A stretch of 64,000 nucleotides of DNA from Candidatus Micrarchaeota archaeon (GTDB lineage Archaea > Micrarchaeota > Micrarchaeia > Norongarragalinales > UBA8480). Shown one piece after another: positions 1 to 9,320 of this stretch. Every line of letters begins with the position of its first letter. The first letter of the stretch is position 1. The position numbers were made by a program, and so were the translations under genes. The notes beneath the pieces are model-generated. The model made no database searches and was not told where the DNA came from. It was given only the letters and a program-made list of their open reading frames with translations. The stretch lies in contig JAZDHP010000005.1 of NCBI GenBank assembly GCA_043805855.1, positions 1,132 through 65,131 on the forward strand, in the 5' to 3' direction.

Positions 1-3000
1 ATCTTGGTTTACCCATGCTACAGTCCAGTTCATCTGTGCGTTCATTCTACTAATGTCGAACATGCCGCCACTAGACGCATCTGGGTATCCAGATGAACCA
101 AATTGACCGTTGTACATACCTACGCTATTTTGACCATTCATACCATTCGCGCCATATGCATTTTGCTGCCCAAATGCTCCGTATTGATTTTGTGCAAATG
201 GATCAGTGCCAAGCGCAGCTGACCGCGGCACTCCAACTGCCCCGTATTGTCCAGGTGCCGCTGCATATTGCTGCACTGGATTACCGTATTGATCTGTTAA
301 GCCCATTCTCTGGTAAGTTTGCGCGTAGCCGCCCATTGGAGGGGATAAGTAAGAAGCTGCGTCGGGGAATCGCGGGTCGTACAAATTAGTTGGCTGGTAC
401 GAGCCATAAAACATGTTGGAAAACGTGTCAATTATCAAGCGCGGCGGTTGAAAAACATTTCCGTTAATGTAAATTATTCCATTTGCAGTTGTGTTTCCAT
501 TTGTTGAAGTTGAAGTGCAAGAGTTTTCAATTTGTATAGGCGCGTCTAAACTGCGCGTTCCAGTGCGCGGGTCAGTTGAGCTAATTTCAATTTGACATGA
601 CTCGCGCGAGTTTGGAATAAGCGTCAACACACGCGTACGCCCTGGCTTAAAGTTAGGCAAGCGGTATTCCAATGTTCCGTTTTGCCCACCTTGTGCGCTT
701 ACCTGCGTTAAGCCCGGCCCGTTTACAACAACGCACGCTGGGTCAACGTAAATATCTGCAGTTAGTTCAACGTCAAGATTATTTGTAACACGCAGTTGTG
801 TCGAATTGCAGGATAGAGAAATAAAATCAGGTTGGTCAAATTCAAAAAATAGTGAAACTTTGCTTGTAATTTCTTCAGTTACAGGAACAAACCTATCACG
901 CGAGGCAGTTACAACAAAAGTTCCAGGCGCAACTGTACGTATACGTTTCATTACGTAAATTCCATTTTCGCCGTTGTTAGTTGTACTATCGCCTGTGATT
1001 TGTGCGGGTACGTCGCCGTCAAACGGAGAACCACTCTCTTCTTCAAAAGAAAGCGTGGCATCTGTCACTGGAGAACCACTTGAAGTTTTAATTGTAATTT
1101 TTAAATCTTTTGCTTTTCCAACTTCAAATTCAGAAGGAGTTAACTGCGTTATTGAAAGCGCACCAGTTCCTTGTATAACTGCAAAAGAGCGAGAGTGAGT
1201 TGCAATTGCACCTCGTGCGTCGCCGAATTCAACTGTAAATGGAACAAAGTCAGCTGGAATTGCACCAACTGCGTTTATAGAACCAGTGTACAATTCTTTT
1301 GCCTCTACTAAAAGTACGCGGCTGCTTGTATCATCATCGTTGAACGTCGCCGTACCATCTCCACTGTAATCACTTAAAGTTGCAAGTGGAGTTGTAGATG
1401 AAATTTTTACATATGCGCTTGAACCTTCAACTGCACCAAAGCTACGCACTTCATAATTTAACGTAAATGGCCGGTTTATTGTTGAGATAAACGGAGAGCC
1501 AACTGGTTGCAGCTGCTGGCTAGAAGTAAAGTAAATTGTTATACACGCTGAACCGTCGTCGTTGCAAACGTTGCTTCCCTCTACAAGGCCAAATTCTTTG
1601 TCAATTGTAGTTGCGTAGCACTCGTCTTTTCCCTGGCTTCTACGTTCAAGTTTTAACTCTTCGTCAAAAGGAGCTCTTGCAAATTTACCATTTTGCACTG
1701 CAAATGCACGGTAGTGAAATGCTAATTTATCTTTCGATGGATCTGCAGTTGGCTTTACAAAAACCCTAGCCGTTAGTTCAACTACTCCACTTATTCCATT
1801 GTAGTCAACTTGAACCCATTTCTTCCCCTCACTGTTCACGTCGCTGTTTAGCAAATCATTTGTGCACTCGCTTCCAGCGTTGTAAGTTGTTGAGTGAGTT
1901 GCAACTGGGTTGCCAATTGCCGACGGCGTAAAGGAAAATGCCTTAATTACAATTGGGTCATTTGCAGTTGACTGTTCTTCGCCAACACGTAGGAAAATTC
2001 CCTGGCGGTTTGAACCATTTGCAAAACTCGCTGCGAATTTAGCAGTGTACATTCTGCCTTTTTCAATTGCCGGCGCGTTTAGAATGTCTCTACCTTTGTC
2101 GTCGACAAGTGAAACTAAATTAATTATAGTTTGGTCGCGAAACGCTTGCGCTAAGAGGAAAACGTTAAGTTGCTTAGTTTGATCTGGAGAAACGAAAACT
2201 TTGTCAGAAAGGTAAGATTCAAACCCGTCGCCAGATGCAACTAGGTAAATATCGCGGTTTGCCCAAACTCCTTCAAGTAAACATGAACCTTCACTGTTCG
2301 TAGTGCAGTTTGAAACCGCTTGGCCGCCTTGCGAGTCGACAAAAGCAGTTACGTGGCTGTTTGCAACTGGGTTTGAGTCGACTAAATCTTTTGCAAATAC
2401 CCTTATTGCACCAACTGGACGCGTTAATGTAAATGTAATTACGCGTTCTTCGTTTTCTGAAAATGCAACTTCAAAAACGTCGCTTTGTCCAGTTGCACTG
2501 TCAAGCGTTGCGAATAAACGTAGTGAAACGTCAGTGGGGATTCCTTCAAAAGTAGCTTTTCCATCTGGACCAGTTAATGCAAATATTCCATATAGCCTAC
2601 CAGCTGCGTCTTGTAATTCAATGTGTGCTCCGCTTGCTGGCGTTAAATCTGCGTTTAAAACTTCCGCATCGAATTTAACGTTGTTCCCAGCTGCAAATGC
2701 AACTAACATAAATGTAGAATCACGGTTTGCCACTGTTGAAATTAAAGGAAGAAACCCATCTGCGGTTATTGCAACGTAAATATCTTCAAGTGCAATGTTA
2801 GACGCGAGGTTTAACTCAACGCGACCGTTGTCGTCAGTTACACCACTTGCAATTTGGCGGTTAGAATCACTTGCGAATATCAAAACATTTGCAGCTGGAA
2901 TTTCCGCGCTTGCGTCGTTGTTAACTGTAATGGAAATTTTTTGGCCTGCACCAGCAGTTATTGAAAGTAGTTGAACTGAAAATTCTAACTCTTCATCGGC

Positions 3001-4008
3001 AGTTATTTCGCTGGAATTAGTAGTGTATTGAGAGAGATTATCACTTTGCGGAATTACCTTTACATAAACACTAGTTCCAATTGATGCAACTTCTGGAAAG
3101 CGAGCTACTCCGCTTTCAACTAAATCTTCGGCAAGTGGAGTTGACGTACCATCTTGGAATAACTCTACGCGAGCGTTCACTAAATTACCTTGGCTGTCTG
3201 TAACTCTAACAATTACAGTTCCTTTTATAGATTGGTCACCGCCATTATCGCGGTCGCCGTTCACTTCGGTTAATTGAATTGTAACTTGACCATCATTTGC
3301 CTGTACACTACGCTGTGCGTCTTCAAAATTTTCAGCTTGTACATTTAACGAAAGTACAGTGTCAAGAGAATCTAACTTAAGCACAGCTGTGCCGTCTGGC
3401 TGCGTTTCAACACTCCCCTGCACTCCAGTTGAAAGAGATTGAAAGTTTACAACTGCACCGCGCACTGGCGAATTCGTCGCTGCGCTTATAACCGTGACAA
3501 GAAAATCAACAGTTGTAGGCGTCAGTGAATTTAACCTAACATTTACACTCGTTGCTGCACCGCTAAAAGAAATTCGTTGGTTAACTGGAACAAAGCCATC
3601 TTTAGAAATTTTTACAACTGCTTGTTTGTTAGTTGGAACATTTTCAAAAGTAACAACGCCATTAACTGTATTTTTCGTTGCAAAATCAGTTCCGTCAACT
3701 ACAATTGTCACTGGAATAGTTGAATTTTCAGCTCCTGCAACATGCACAGTTACAGTTGCAGACGAGGGTATAAACGAAGACGAAGCAACGAAGAAAATGC
3801 CACCAAGCACAAGCAGGATAAGCGCAATTGCAACTGGAAATGAAGGAATTCCCCGACTTTCAATTGGCTCAACAAAATACTTGTAAAGGTCAACCCCTTT
3901 GTCGTGCAAATTATCTAGTAAAGCGTAGTACTTGTCTTCGACTTTATAGTAAAAAGCCTTTAATTTTCCAAGTAACCCAGTATCCTCTTCCTCTTGGTCG
4001 TACGGCAT
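1..4008 (-). CDS. Giant surface protein, 5' portion (gene continues beyond window start). N-terminal cytoplasmic tail plus TM anchor, repeated Ig/CARDB-like beta-rich domains, Q/Y/G/N-rich low-complexity tail. Paralogous in architecture to the 14660..21940 protein.
   Basis: Reverse-strand ATG at 4008-4006. Manual translation gives MPYDQEEEDTGLLGKLKAFYYKVEDKYYALLDNLHDKGVDLYKYFVEPIESRGIPSFPVAIALILLVLGGIFF... The frame checked open at 4008, 420, 360 and 60 with no stop. It is absent from the ORF track only because it runs off the edge. Only short plus-strand ORFs are listed in this 4 kb. Confidence 0.8.
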   Translation of the reverse strand, partial: MPYDQEEEDTGLLGKLKAFYYKVEDKYYALLDNLHDKGVDLYKYFVEPIESRGIPSFPVAIALILLVLGGIFFVASSSFIPSSATVTVHVAGAENSTIPVTIVVDGTDFATKNTVNGVVTFENVPTNKQAVVKISKDGFVPVNQRISFSGAATSVNVRLNSLTPTTVDFLVTVISAATNSPVRGAVVNFQSLSTGVQGSVETQPDGTAVLKLDSLDTVLSLNVQAENFEDAQRSVQANDGQVTIQLTEVNGDRDNGGDQSIKGTVIVRVTDSQGNLVNARVELFQDGTSTPLAEDLVESGVARFPEVASIGTSVYVKVIPQSDNLSQYTTNSSEITADEELEFSVQLLSITAGAGQKISITVNNDASAEIPAANVLIFASDSNRQIASGVTDDNGRVELNLASNIALEDIYVAITADGFLPLISTVANRDSTFMLVAFAAGNNVKFDAEVLNADLTPASGAHIELQDAAGRLYGIFALTGPDGKATFEGIPTDVSLRLFATLDSATGQSDVFEVAFSENEERVITFTLTRPVGAIRVFAKDLVDSNPVANSHVTAFVDSQGGQAVSNCTTNSEGSCLLEGVWANRDIYLVASGDGFESYLSDKVFVSPDQTKQLNVFLLAQAFRDQTIINLVSLVDDKGRDILNAPAIEKGRMYTAKFAASFANGSNRQGIFLRVGEEQSTANDPIVIKAFSFTPSAIGNPVATHSTTYNAGSECTNDLLNSDVNSEGKKWVQVDYNGISGVVELTARVFVKPTADPSKDKLAFHYRAFAVQNGKFARAPFDEELKLERRSQGKDECYATTIDKEFGLVEGSNVCNDDGSACITIYFTSSQQLQPVGSPFISTINRPFTLNYEVRSFGAVEGSSAYVKISSTTPLATLSDYSGDGTATFNDDDTSSRVLLVEAKELYTGSINAVGAIPADFVPFTVEFGDARGAIATHSRSFAVIQGTGALSITQLTPSEFEVGKAKDLKITIKTSSGSPVTDATLSFEEESGSPFDGDVPAQITGDSTTNNGENGIYVMKRIRTVAPGTFVVTASRDRFVPVTEEITSKVSLFFEFDQPDFISLSCNSTQLRVTNNLDVELTADIYVDPACVVVNGPGLTQVSAQGGQNGTLEYRLPNFKPGRTRVLTLIPNSRESCQIEISSTDPRTGTRSLDAPIQIENSCTSTSTNGNTTANGIIYINGNVFQPPRLIIDTFSNMFYGSYQPTNLYDPRFPDAASYLSPPMGGYAQTYQRMGLTDQYGNPVQQYAAAPGQYGAVGVPRSAALGTDPFAQNQYGAFGQQNAYGANGMNGQNSVGMYNGQFGSSGYPDASSGGMFDISRMNAQMNWTVAWVNQD

Positions 4009-4041
4009 GTTTTAAACGAGCCCCCCTCTACAAAAGATAGC

Positions 4042-4110
4042 GTTTATAACTATTTAAATGCCATCACCTCCCGAAAATAAGTAACGAGGTGCAGGCGTGG
4101 CCAAAAAGAA
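4042..4110. repeat. Direct repeat copy 1 (gtttataactatttaaatgccatcacc-tcccgaaaataagtaacgaggtgcaggcgtggccaaaaag)
   Basis: Near-identical to 4170..4246. Differences are a 14-C homopolymer in copy 2 versus CCTCCC here, plus a few substitutions. Confidence 0.85.
4051..4058 (-). promoter_or_regulatory. Archaeal TATA-box-like element (TTTAAATA on minus strand) about 43-50 nt upstream of the giant-protein start codon
   Basis: Minus-strand TTTAAATA sits inside the first copy of a duplicated ~70-bp element. Its position fits an archaeal TATA/BRE promoter with a short leader. Confidence 0.35.
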
Positions 4111-4169
4111 ACTATTAGCACTAAGCAATAATTTTGGCGACTCAAAGCACCTTTGTGAAAGGGGCTTTG

Positions 4170-4246
4170 GTTTATAACTATTTAAATGCCATCACCCCCC
4201 CCCCCCCCGAAAATAAGTAAAGAAGTGCAGGCATGGCCAAAGACAA
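4170..4246. repeat. Direct repeat copy 2, containing a C14 homopolymer tract (4195..4208)
   Basis: tttataactatttaaatgccatcacc + C14 + gaaaataagtaaagaagtgcaggcatggccaaagac. It lies between the divergent giant gene (-) and the 4406 gene (+). Confidence 0.85.
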
Positions 4247-4405
4247 AACACCTTAATTTCATTTCTTTTTGTCCACTTTTTACCCCCTTGTTATTAAAAA
4301 CCCAAAAATAGTTACGCTAATATGGTGTTAACGGCCAATACAGAAAACCTTAAATATGACTTCATCACTTTTAGTTATTAATTCGTAATCAGAAGTGATG
4401 TAAAC

Positions 4406-4678
4406 ATGTCTAAAAAAGTAAAAGGAATAAAAAGTGCACCAACGCTAAATACCGTCTTCATGGTGGAAAATGTCTTAAAAAAAATGAACAAAAGTGTTAT
4501 TAAAGTAGCGGAGTTGAAAAAAATGTTACCTCGGCAAGTTAATCACAACACGCTCATTACTATTTTAGAATACCTTGAAGAGAGTAACAAAATTGCCGTT
4601 TCCTTAAAAGGAATTTCTTGGATACATAACGCAAACAAAAATTTAAGGCGCGCCATTAGCCGGGGCTTAGAATTATGA
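4406..4678 (+). CDS. Small DNA-binding-like protein, putative antitoxin partner of the downstream RelE/ParE-like gene
   Basis: 90 aa. It overlaps the next ORF by 4 nt (ATGA). A TATA-like tttaaat sits about 30 nt upstream. Assignment is by operon position only. Confidence 0.35.
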   Translation: MSKKVKGIKSAPTLNTVFMVENVLKKMNKSVIKVAELKKMLPRQVNHNTLITILEYLEESNKIAVSLKGISWIHNANKNLRRAISRGLEL

Positions 4679-5031
4679 ACAAAATCGTCAGAGTAGTACT
4701 TTCTCCAGAAGCTGAAGAAACGTATAAAATCTTGAATAGCCGCGCTGCTAGTTCTAAACTTGACAGTAGTATTTTAAAAGCGATTAACAAAAAAGTGGAA
4801 TTAATAAAAGTAAACACTCATTATGGAAACCCAATTTCAAAAGATAAGATTCCAAAAGAGTATAAACAAAAATACGGTGTGACTAATTTATTTCGAGTTG
4901 AACTGCCTCAATTTTGGCGAATGCTATATTCATTAGTTGACGGCAACTCACAAGTGGAAATAATTGCATTTGTACTAGAAATAAGCAACCACGGCAAATA
5001 CAATAAACTATTCAGGTACCACAAAAAATGA
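4675..5031 (+). CDS. RelE/ParE-superfamily toxin-like protein
   Basis: 118 aa. The C-terminal segment NLFRVELPQFWRMLYSLVDGNSQVEIIAFVLEISNHGKY resembles the RelE/ParE core (LWELR..G.YRIIY.V.D...V.IL.IGHR..Y). Small, with overlapping operon partners. Confidence 0.45.
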   Translation: MNKIVRVVLSPEAEETYKILNSRAASSKLDSSILKAINKKVELIKVNTHYGNPISKDKIPKEYKQKYGVTNLFRVELPQFWRMLYSLVDGNSQVEIIAFVLEISNHGKYNKLFRYHKK

Positions 5032-5459
5032 ACCACGAAGGACACTGGATTGTTGGTTGTATTACTGCACTAATAGCAATGCTTTTACTTCACGTTTTTT
5101 CACTGGAGTTAGTAGCGTTAGCGCTACTTGCCTCTATTTTGCCAGACGTTGATTTACGACACAGCACTGCGAGTAAGATCGTTGTTCCAATTGCTGCAAT
5201 TGCATTGGCTGTTTTTATTCACAATTTTATGACAATTGAAAACTTATCGTTCATAGCATCGTGGCTAGTTGCGCTTATTCTAGCGATTGTTTTACTAGCT
5301 TTATTTTTATTGCCTTTGCGTAAAAAGCACCGCGGAATTACGCATTCTTGGAAAGCAGCTGTTGTTTTTGGAATTACTGGAGGGATTTTTCTCGGTTTTT
5401 CAGGAGGTGTAGTTGCTTTTGCGAGCTACGCTAGCCATTTAATTGTTGACAAACTATAG
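5028..5459 (+). CDS. Membrane-bound metal-dependent hydrolase-like protein (YdjM/DUF457-like)
   Basis: 143 aa, 4 predicted TM segments. HRGITHS motif and an early His/Asp pair (PDVDLRHS) are typical of the YdjM family. Confidence 0.4.
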   Translation: MNHEGHWIVGCITALIAMLLLHVFSLELVALALLASILPDVDLRHSTASKIVVPIAAIALAVFIHNFMTIENLSFIASWLVALILAIVLLALFLLPLRKKHRGITHSWKAAVVFGITGGIFLGFSGGVVAFASYASHLIVDKL

Positions 5460-5481
5460 CACAAGGTTACTGCATTTTATT

Positions 5482-6378
5482 TCACTTTCTTCTCGGGAAA
5501 CGCAGTTCAGTGAAAAGCACTTTTCCAACGCGAGTTTCTTTAAAGCGATTTAAATTAGTTCTTGCAGTTTGTTCAACTATTCTACGCGGTTTTGACTTTT
5601 TGAAATCTGCAAATGCCTGTTTATCTGCAGTGTGTTCCATCAAGTGAGAAAATGCCAGGTAAGGTCCTTGCTTTTGCACAACTTTTTCAGTGAGGGTGAA
5701 AAGTTCCCCCATTCGCGCTAGTATTTTTTTCTTTTGTGCTTCTGATTTTCCGCGAAGTAAGCTCGAGAACTGGCGCCCTAGGGCAACTAGTTCCGCGGGA
5801 TAAATTACCCCTTCAGCGTGTGCTTTGTGCAACGTAACGATTAAACCCGGATTTTTTCTAAGTAACCCCACATAAGTCATTCCCGTGCTTTGAAGCCCAA
5901 CAATGGATTGGTCAACATTTGCTTTAGCTGGAGATAAATCTAGTTGTGTTTTAGGAAGTTGAGTTGTTCCGCTAAATAATTTACTCATCGCCACGTAAAA
6001 TTTGCTTTTTGTAGCTAGGGCAAGGGCTTGTTGGCTAGCTGTGGCTGAAGTTAAAGTGTCAATAGCTTTCGCGTATCGTTTTGCACCTAGATGCTTTTGA
6101 GCATTTAAAAAAACCGCGTCAAGCTGTTGGAGCACTGCTGGTTTTTTCTCAGCTGGTAGACGCGCAAATAAGTTAGCAAAGTTTCTCCCAACCTCTAGCA
6201 ATTCCGCGTCAGTTACGTTGCCAGTTCGATGCGCATTGTGTAAACCAACTAAAAAACTAGGGTCGCGCCTCAGCAAGCCGTGATACGGCATTTTGATTCT
6301 TGCAAAATTTTCAACGGCACTTTTAACCTCGGCAGCAGTTGGTTTTTTCAATTGAACAATAGCCACTAGTGAAAACAC
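5482..6378 (-). CDS. Hypothetical protein with two internal copies of the 'HG(W/L)L' module
   Basis: 298 aa. Internal repeat MPYHGLLRRDPSFLVGLHNAHRTGNVTDAELLEVGRNFANLFARL versus MTYVGLLRKNPGLIVTLHKAHAEGVIYPAELVALGRQFSSLLRGK. Confidence 0.6.
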   Translation of the reverse strand: MFSLVAIVQLKKPTAAEVKSAVENFARIKMPYHGLLRRDPSFLVGLHNAHRTGNVTDAELLEVGRNFANLFARLPAEKKPAVLQQLDAVFLNAQKHLGAKRYAKAIDTLTSATASQQALALATKSKFYVAMSKLFSGTTQLPKTQLDLSPAKANVDQSIVGLQSTGMTYVGLLRKNPGLIVTLHKAHAEGVIYPAELVALGRQFSSLLRGKSEAQKKKILARMGELFTLTEKVVQKQGPYLAFSHLMEHTADKQAFADFKKSKPRRIVEQTARTNLNRFKETRVGKVLFTELRFPRRK

Positions 6379-6381
6379 CTT

Positions 6382-7080
6382 TTACCTTGTTCGCTTTGAC
6401 CTGCGTTCAACTGCATTTAACTGTTTTGCCACTCGCTTCGCTTCTCTTATTCTCACAGCTTCTTCAGCTTTTGCTTTTTTCTCAGCCGTAGTTCGCGAAC
6501 GCCAATCTGCTTTCGATGCAAGATAACCTCTCAAGGCAGCAATGTGTAACTTGTGTCCTTCGTTAGCAGTTGTTAAATTTATAACCGCTTGGTCGATCAA
6601 ACCACTATGCCGCTCGCGGTCAGGTCCTTGTAGTTTAGCCGGTGCAACAAAAGCAAGCAACGTATTTTCCGGAGAGTGCCGCATTCGTTCAACAATTGAC
6701 AAATATTTTGCAACAGTAAAGCCACCTACTGCACCAGAAATTAAGCCAACAGCTGCCGGGTCTATTTTTTTAGCCAAAACTAACCCAACGCCACCTAAAG
6801 CTATAGCCGCGCCAACTGCAGTTTCAATTTTATCTAACCTAGCAGCACGCTTAGTCCTACCAGCAGTCCAAGGAACTTGGCCATCAAGCAAGTTTTCCTT
6901 GTGACTTTTCAACAGTTGGCCTAATCGTAAATTGAAAGCCATTGAATCATTGTGCTGATCGATAAGTCGCTTGGCTCCCCAACCAGTAAAAGGTTCTTTA
7001 CCCAACGCTTTTCCATCAGGAGTAGCGAGCGTTTTTCGCCTAATCCACTTAGTTTTTGCTATTGCTTTTGCATCTGCCAT
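6382..7080 (-). CDS. Hypothetical membrane-associated protein (glycine-zipper hydrophobic segment, basic coiled C-terminus)
   Basis: 232 aa. AVGAAIALGGVGLVLAKKIDPAAVGLISGAVGGF. It sits 3 nt from the upstream gene, which implies an operon. Confidence 0.55.
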   Translation of the reverse strand: MADAKAIAKTKWIRRKTLATPDGKALGKEPFTGWGAKRLIDQHNDSMAFNLRLGQLLKSHKENLLDGQVPWTAGRTKRAARLDKIETAVGAAIALGGVGLVLAKKIDPAAVGLISGAVGGFTVAKYLSIVERMRHSPENTLLAFVAPAKLQGPDRERHSGLIDQAVINLTTANEGHKLHIAALRGYLASKADWRSRTTAEKKAKAEEAVRIREAKRVAKQLNAVERRSKRTR

Positions 7081-7108
7081 TTTTTACATCACCGTTTTGA
7101 ATTTTTAC

Positions 7109-8125
7109 TTAAGGTCTTTCTCTTTCTTTTACCGCCTCAATGGGCTTTTCTAATAAACGTAAATCACATGATTTATTGCGACCAATTACAAACCTTCTCT
7201 CTTTACGCGGGTCAAATGTAAACTCCATATTTGCTGTTGCCCCTATTATCCCTCCAACAAGTGTAACTTTTCTCGGAGAAGCGCGTTTAATTACAAATAT
7301 ATTATGCCCAACACCAAAAGCGTGCCCTTGAGCTAGTTGATACAACGCCCCAACCCAACCACGTCCTTGGCTAGGATCAGACGGAAAAGATTCTTCGACC
7401 GTTTGGCCATCCTTAGTGAGTTTAAAAGTTTCTACTTTTGAATTCCACTTAAATACTGGGGTAAACCCAATTGACGCCTCTAGCCTTTTAGGCTGGGGTT
7501 TAGTATGCAAGTCTCTTACAAAAATTGCGCCGTCTTTGAAAAATACTTCAGCGTGGCGTGGCGAAACAATTGCGTTATCAGCGTGGACAACCGTATTTTT
7601 TCTCATTTCTCGATTTTCACGATAAGCACTAACGGCGGAAAGTATTGCTCTTGAGCCTCTTACAATTGGAGAACGTCGGAATTCAATTAATTTCTTTGCT
7701 GAATGAAGAATTAGCGCTCTTGGCTGGCGTGGTGCGCTAGACACGGCTGTCACTATTGGCAGTTCATCTGTACCGCTAAACCATTCTTGTTCTAACACCT
7801 CTGGTCCAATAAGCTCCGCTGTTCTTTGCAGTAAACGAACAGTAACTTCTCCAATATCGTGAACTCCAACCATAGTTGTTGCATGTGAAAGTGTCTTGGC
7901 AAACGCTTGCTTAGCTTTTTGTCGCTGTACTTCTGGCAGTTTGTCAAGTGTTTCAAAGTAAGTACCTAAACGCAGCAAATTTAAATGAGATACTTGTTTA
8001 GCTTGAGCTGCTTTTGCAAGAGCAGTATATAGTACATCTCCTTTTCCACGTAGCCAGCCGTAGCGTTTCATTTTAAGCCGTTTATAAACCTCTTCAGCTT
8101 CGTGTGGAGAAAATGCTTCAGACAT
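7109..8125 (-). CDS. FHA-domain protein with N-terminal RHGWL-type module
   Basis: 338 aa. N-terminus MKRYGWLRGKGDVLYTAL...LLRLGTYFETLD matches the module of family B. The FHA-like core is IVRGSRAILSAV...NAIVSPRHAEVFFKDGAIFVRDLHTKP, and a second degenerate RFVIGRNKSCDLRL sits at the C-terminus. Confidence 0.55.
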   Translation of the reverse strand: MSEAFSPHEAEEVYKRLKMKRYGWLRGKGDVLYTALAKAAQAKQVSHLNLLRLGTYFETLDKLPEVQRQKAKQAFAKTLSHATTMVGVHDIGEVTVRLLQRTAELIGPEVLEQEWFSGTDELPIVTAVSSAPRQPRALILHSAKKLIEFRRSPIVRGSRAILSAVSAYRENREMRKNTVVHADNAIVSPRHAEVFFKDGAIFVRDLHTKPQPKRLEASIGFTPVFKWNSKVETFKLTKDGQTVEESFPSDPSQGRGWVGALYQLAQGHAFGVGHNIFVIKRASPRKVTLVGGIIGATANMEFTFDPRKERRFVIGRNKSCDLRLLEKPIEAVKERERP

Positions 8126-9265
8126 ACTAATAAAATAGATAAATTACTATTTAACAATATGCACACGGCGCAACGAGTTAGAGAAGTAATAGAACGCCAA
8201 CAGTACGATGATTTGCTATTTTGGAAAAACCCGCTTTTGTTGCGAGAAAAGGGCAGATTAGCAAAAGGCGCAGAAGTGCACGGCAGCGCGTTGTCAATTC
8301 ACAATAAAGGTATAATTATAAGTGGCAAATCTGAATCTGGAAAAACAACAACTTGGTTTAATCTATTGCGCCACGGCGGCAAAGCAATAAGTGAAGATTT
8401 AACAAACTTAGTTTTCACTCCAAGCGCTGCGTTATTGATCTCTCCTGGTACGCGCCATGCATTTAGAATACACGGCAAATATCACCGCAGGTACACGAGT
8501 CAACCTGCGTATGGCGAAGTTGGACAAATGAAAAGCGGCGGCATTATTCCAAAATATATAGAGGCGCCTATGGACCCAACTGCACAGCAAACTGGAAGAC
8601 CGTTACACGCAGTGTTCTATATTGAAAAACAGCGCCTGCACCCTCGCGCCTATCCTCGCGTCGTTTTAATGGACGAAAATAAACTAGTTCACCATTTTCA
8701 AAGTGAAGATACTTCAACTTTTCCCTCTTCGTTCGACTTACCGGAAACGCACACCCGCGAATCAATACGTAGATTAAGCTGGAAAAGAAAAGAAGAAATA
8801 GCGCAGCGTGTGGTGCAACAGTTAAGAAAAGTAGGCGTGAATTTCTTTCAAGTTTACGTTCCAGAAACTAAAGAAGCTAAAAAACAAGCGTTAACTGCAA
8901 CGGCAATATCTAAATTTGCTAGAGGTTTTGTAGGTGGCTTTAAACCTGGGCTAAATTTACTTGCAATTAGTCACGAACATTCAGGCAAAGTTTTTCCAAT
9001 ATCTCGTTCAACAGTTATTGGAACAGCTGGAGACATTCGCTTAAAAGAAGATAAAACAATTGCCAGTAGGCACACTGCGTTTGAAAAAATAAAAGGCAAA
9101 TGGACTGCACGCGATTTAGGTACAAAAGCGCACACGCACATATTGAAAAAAGAACGCGTTGAAGCAGGTAAAGTTGACTGGCGCCGCTTGAAAGGCACAA
9201 TGGAAATTCAAGATGGGGATTTACTTGCAATTGGACACACATTTGTTCAAGTTGTCATAAAATAA
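8102..9265 (+). CDS. HprK-fold P-loop kinase-like domain fused to a C-terminal FHA domain
   Basis: 387 aa. HGSALSIHNKGIIISGKSESGKTTTWFNLLRHGGKAISEDLTNLVF aligns to the HPr kinase C-terminal P-loop (LHG.L....G.GVLI.G.SG.GKS..A..L...G..LV.DD). The C-terminus IGTAGDIRLKEDKTIASRHTAFEKIKGKWTARDLGTKAHTHI...DGDLLAIGHTFVQV is FHA-like. The annotated start overlaps the divergent gene by 24 nt, so the real start may be the Met at 8159. Confidence 0.55.
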   Translation: MWRKCFRHTNKIDKLLFNNMHTAQRVREVIERQQYDDLLFWKNPLLLREKGRLAKGAEVHGSALSIHNKGIIISGKSESGKTTTWFNLLRHGGKAISEDLTNLVFTPSAALLISPGTRHAFRIHGKYHRRYTSQPAYGEVGQMKSGGIIPKYIEAPMDPTAQQTGRPLHAVFYIEKQRLHPRAYPRVVLMDENKLVHHFQSEDTSTFPSSFDLPETHTRESIRRLSWKRKEEIAQRVVQQLRKVGVNFFQVYVPETKEAKKQALTATAISKFARGFVGGFKPGLNLLAISHEHSGKVFPISRSTVIGTAGDIRLKEDKTIASRHTAFEKIKGKWTARDLGTKAHTHILKKERVEAGKVDWRRLKGTMEIQDGDLLAIGHTFVQVVIK

Positions 9266-9320
9266 CACTTAGAAACACAAAACAGTAATCAAAAAAGGAC
9301 AGTTATCGAGGCGAATAAAA

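Noticed and set aside
93-4040. Six short plus-strand ORFs in the first 4 kb
   Set aside because: The minus strand carries a continuous reading frame from 4008 to the window edge, with a credible N-terminal anchor and domain architecture. The plus ORFs are antisense artefacts.
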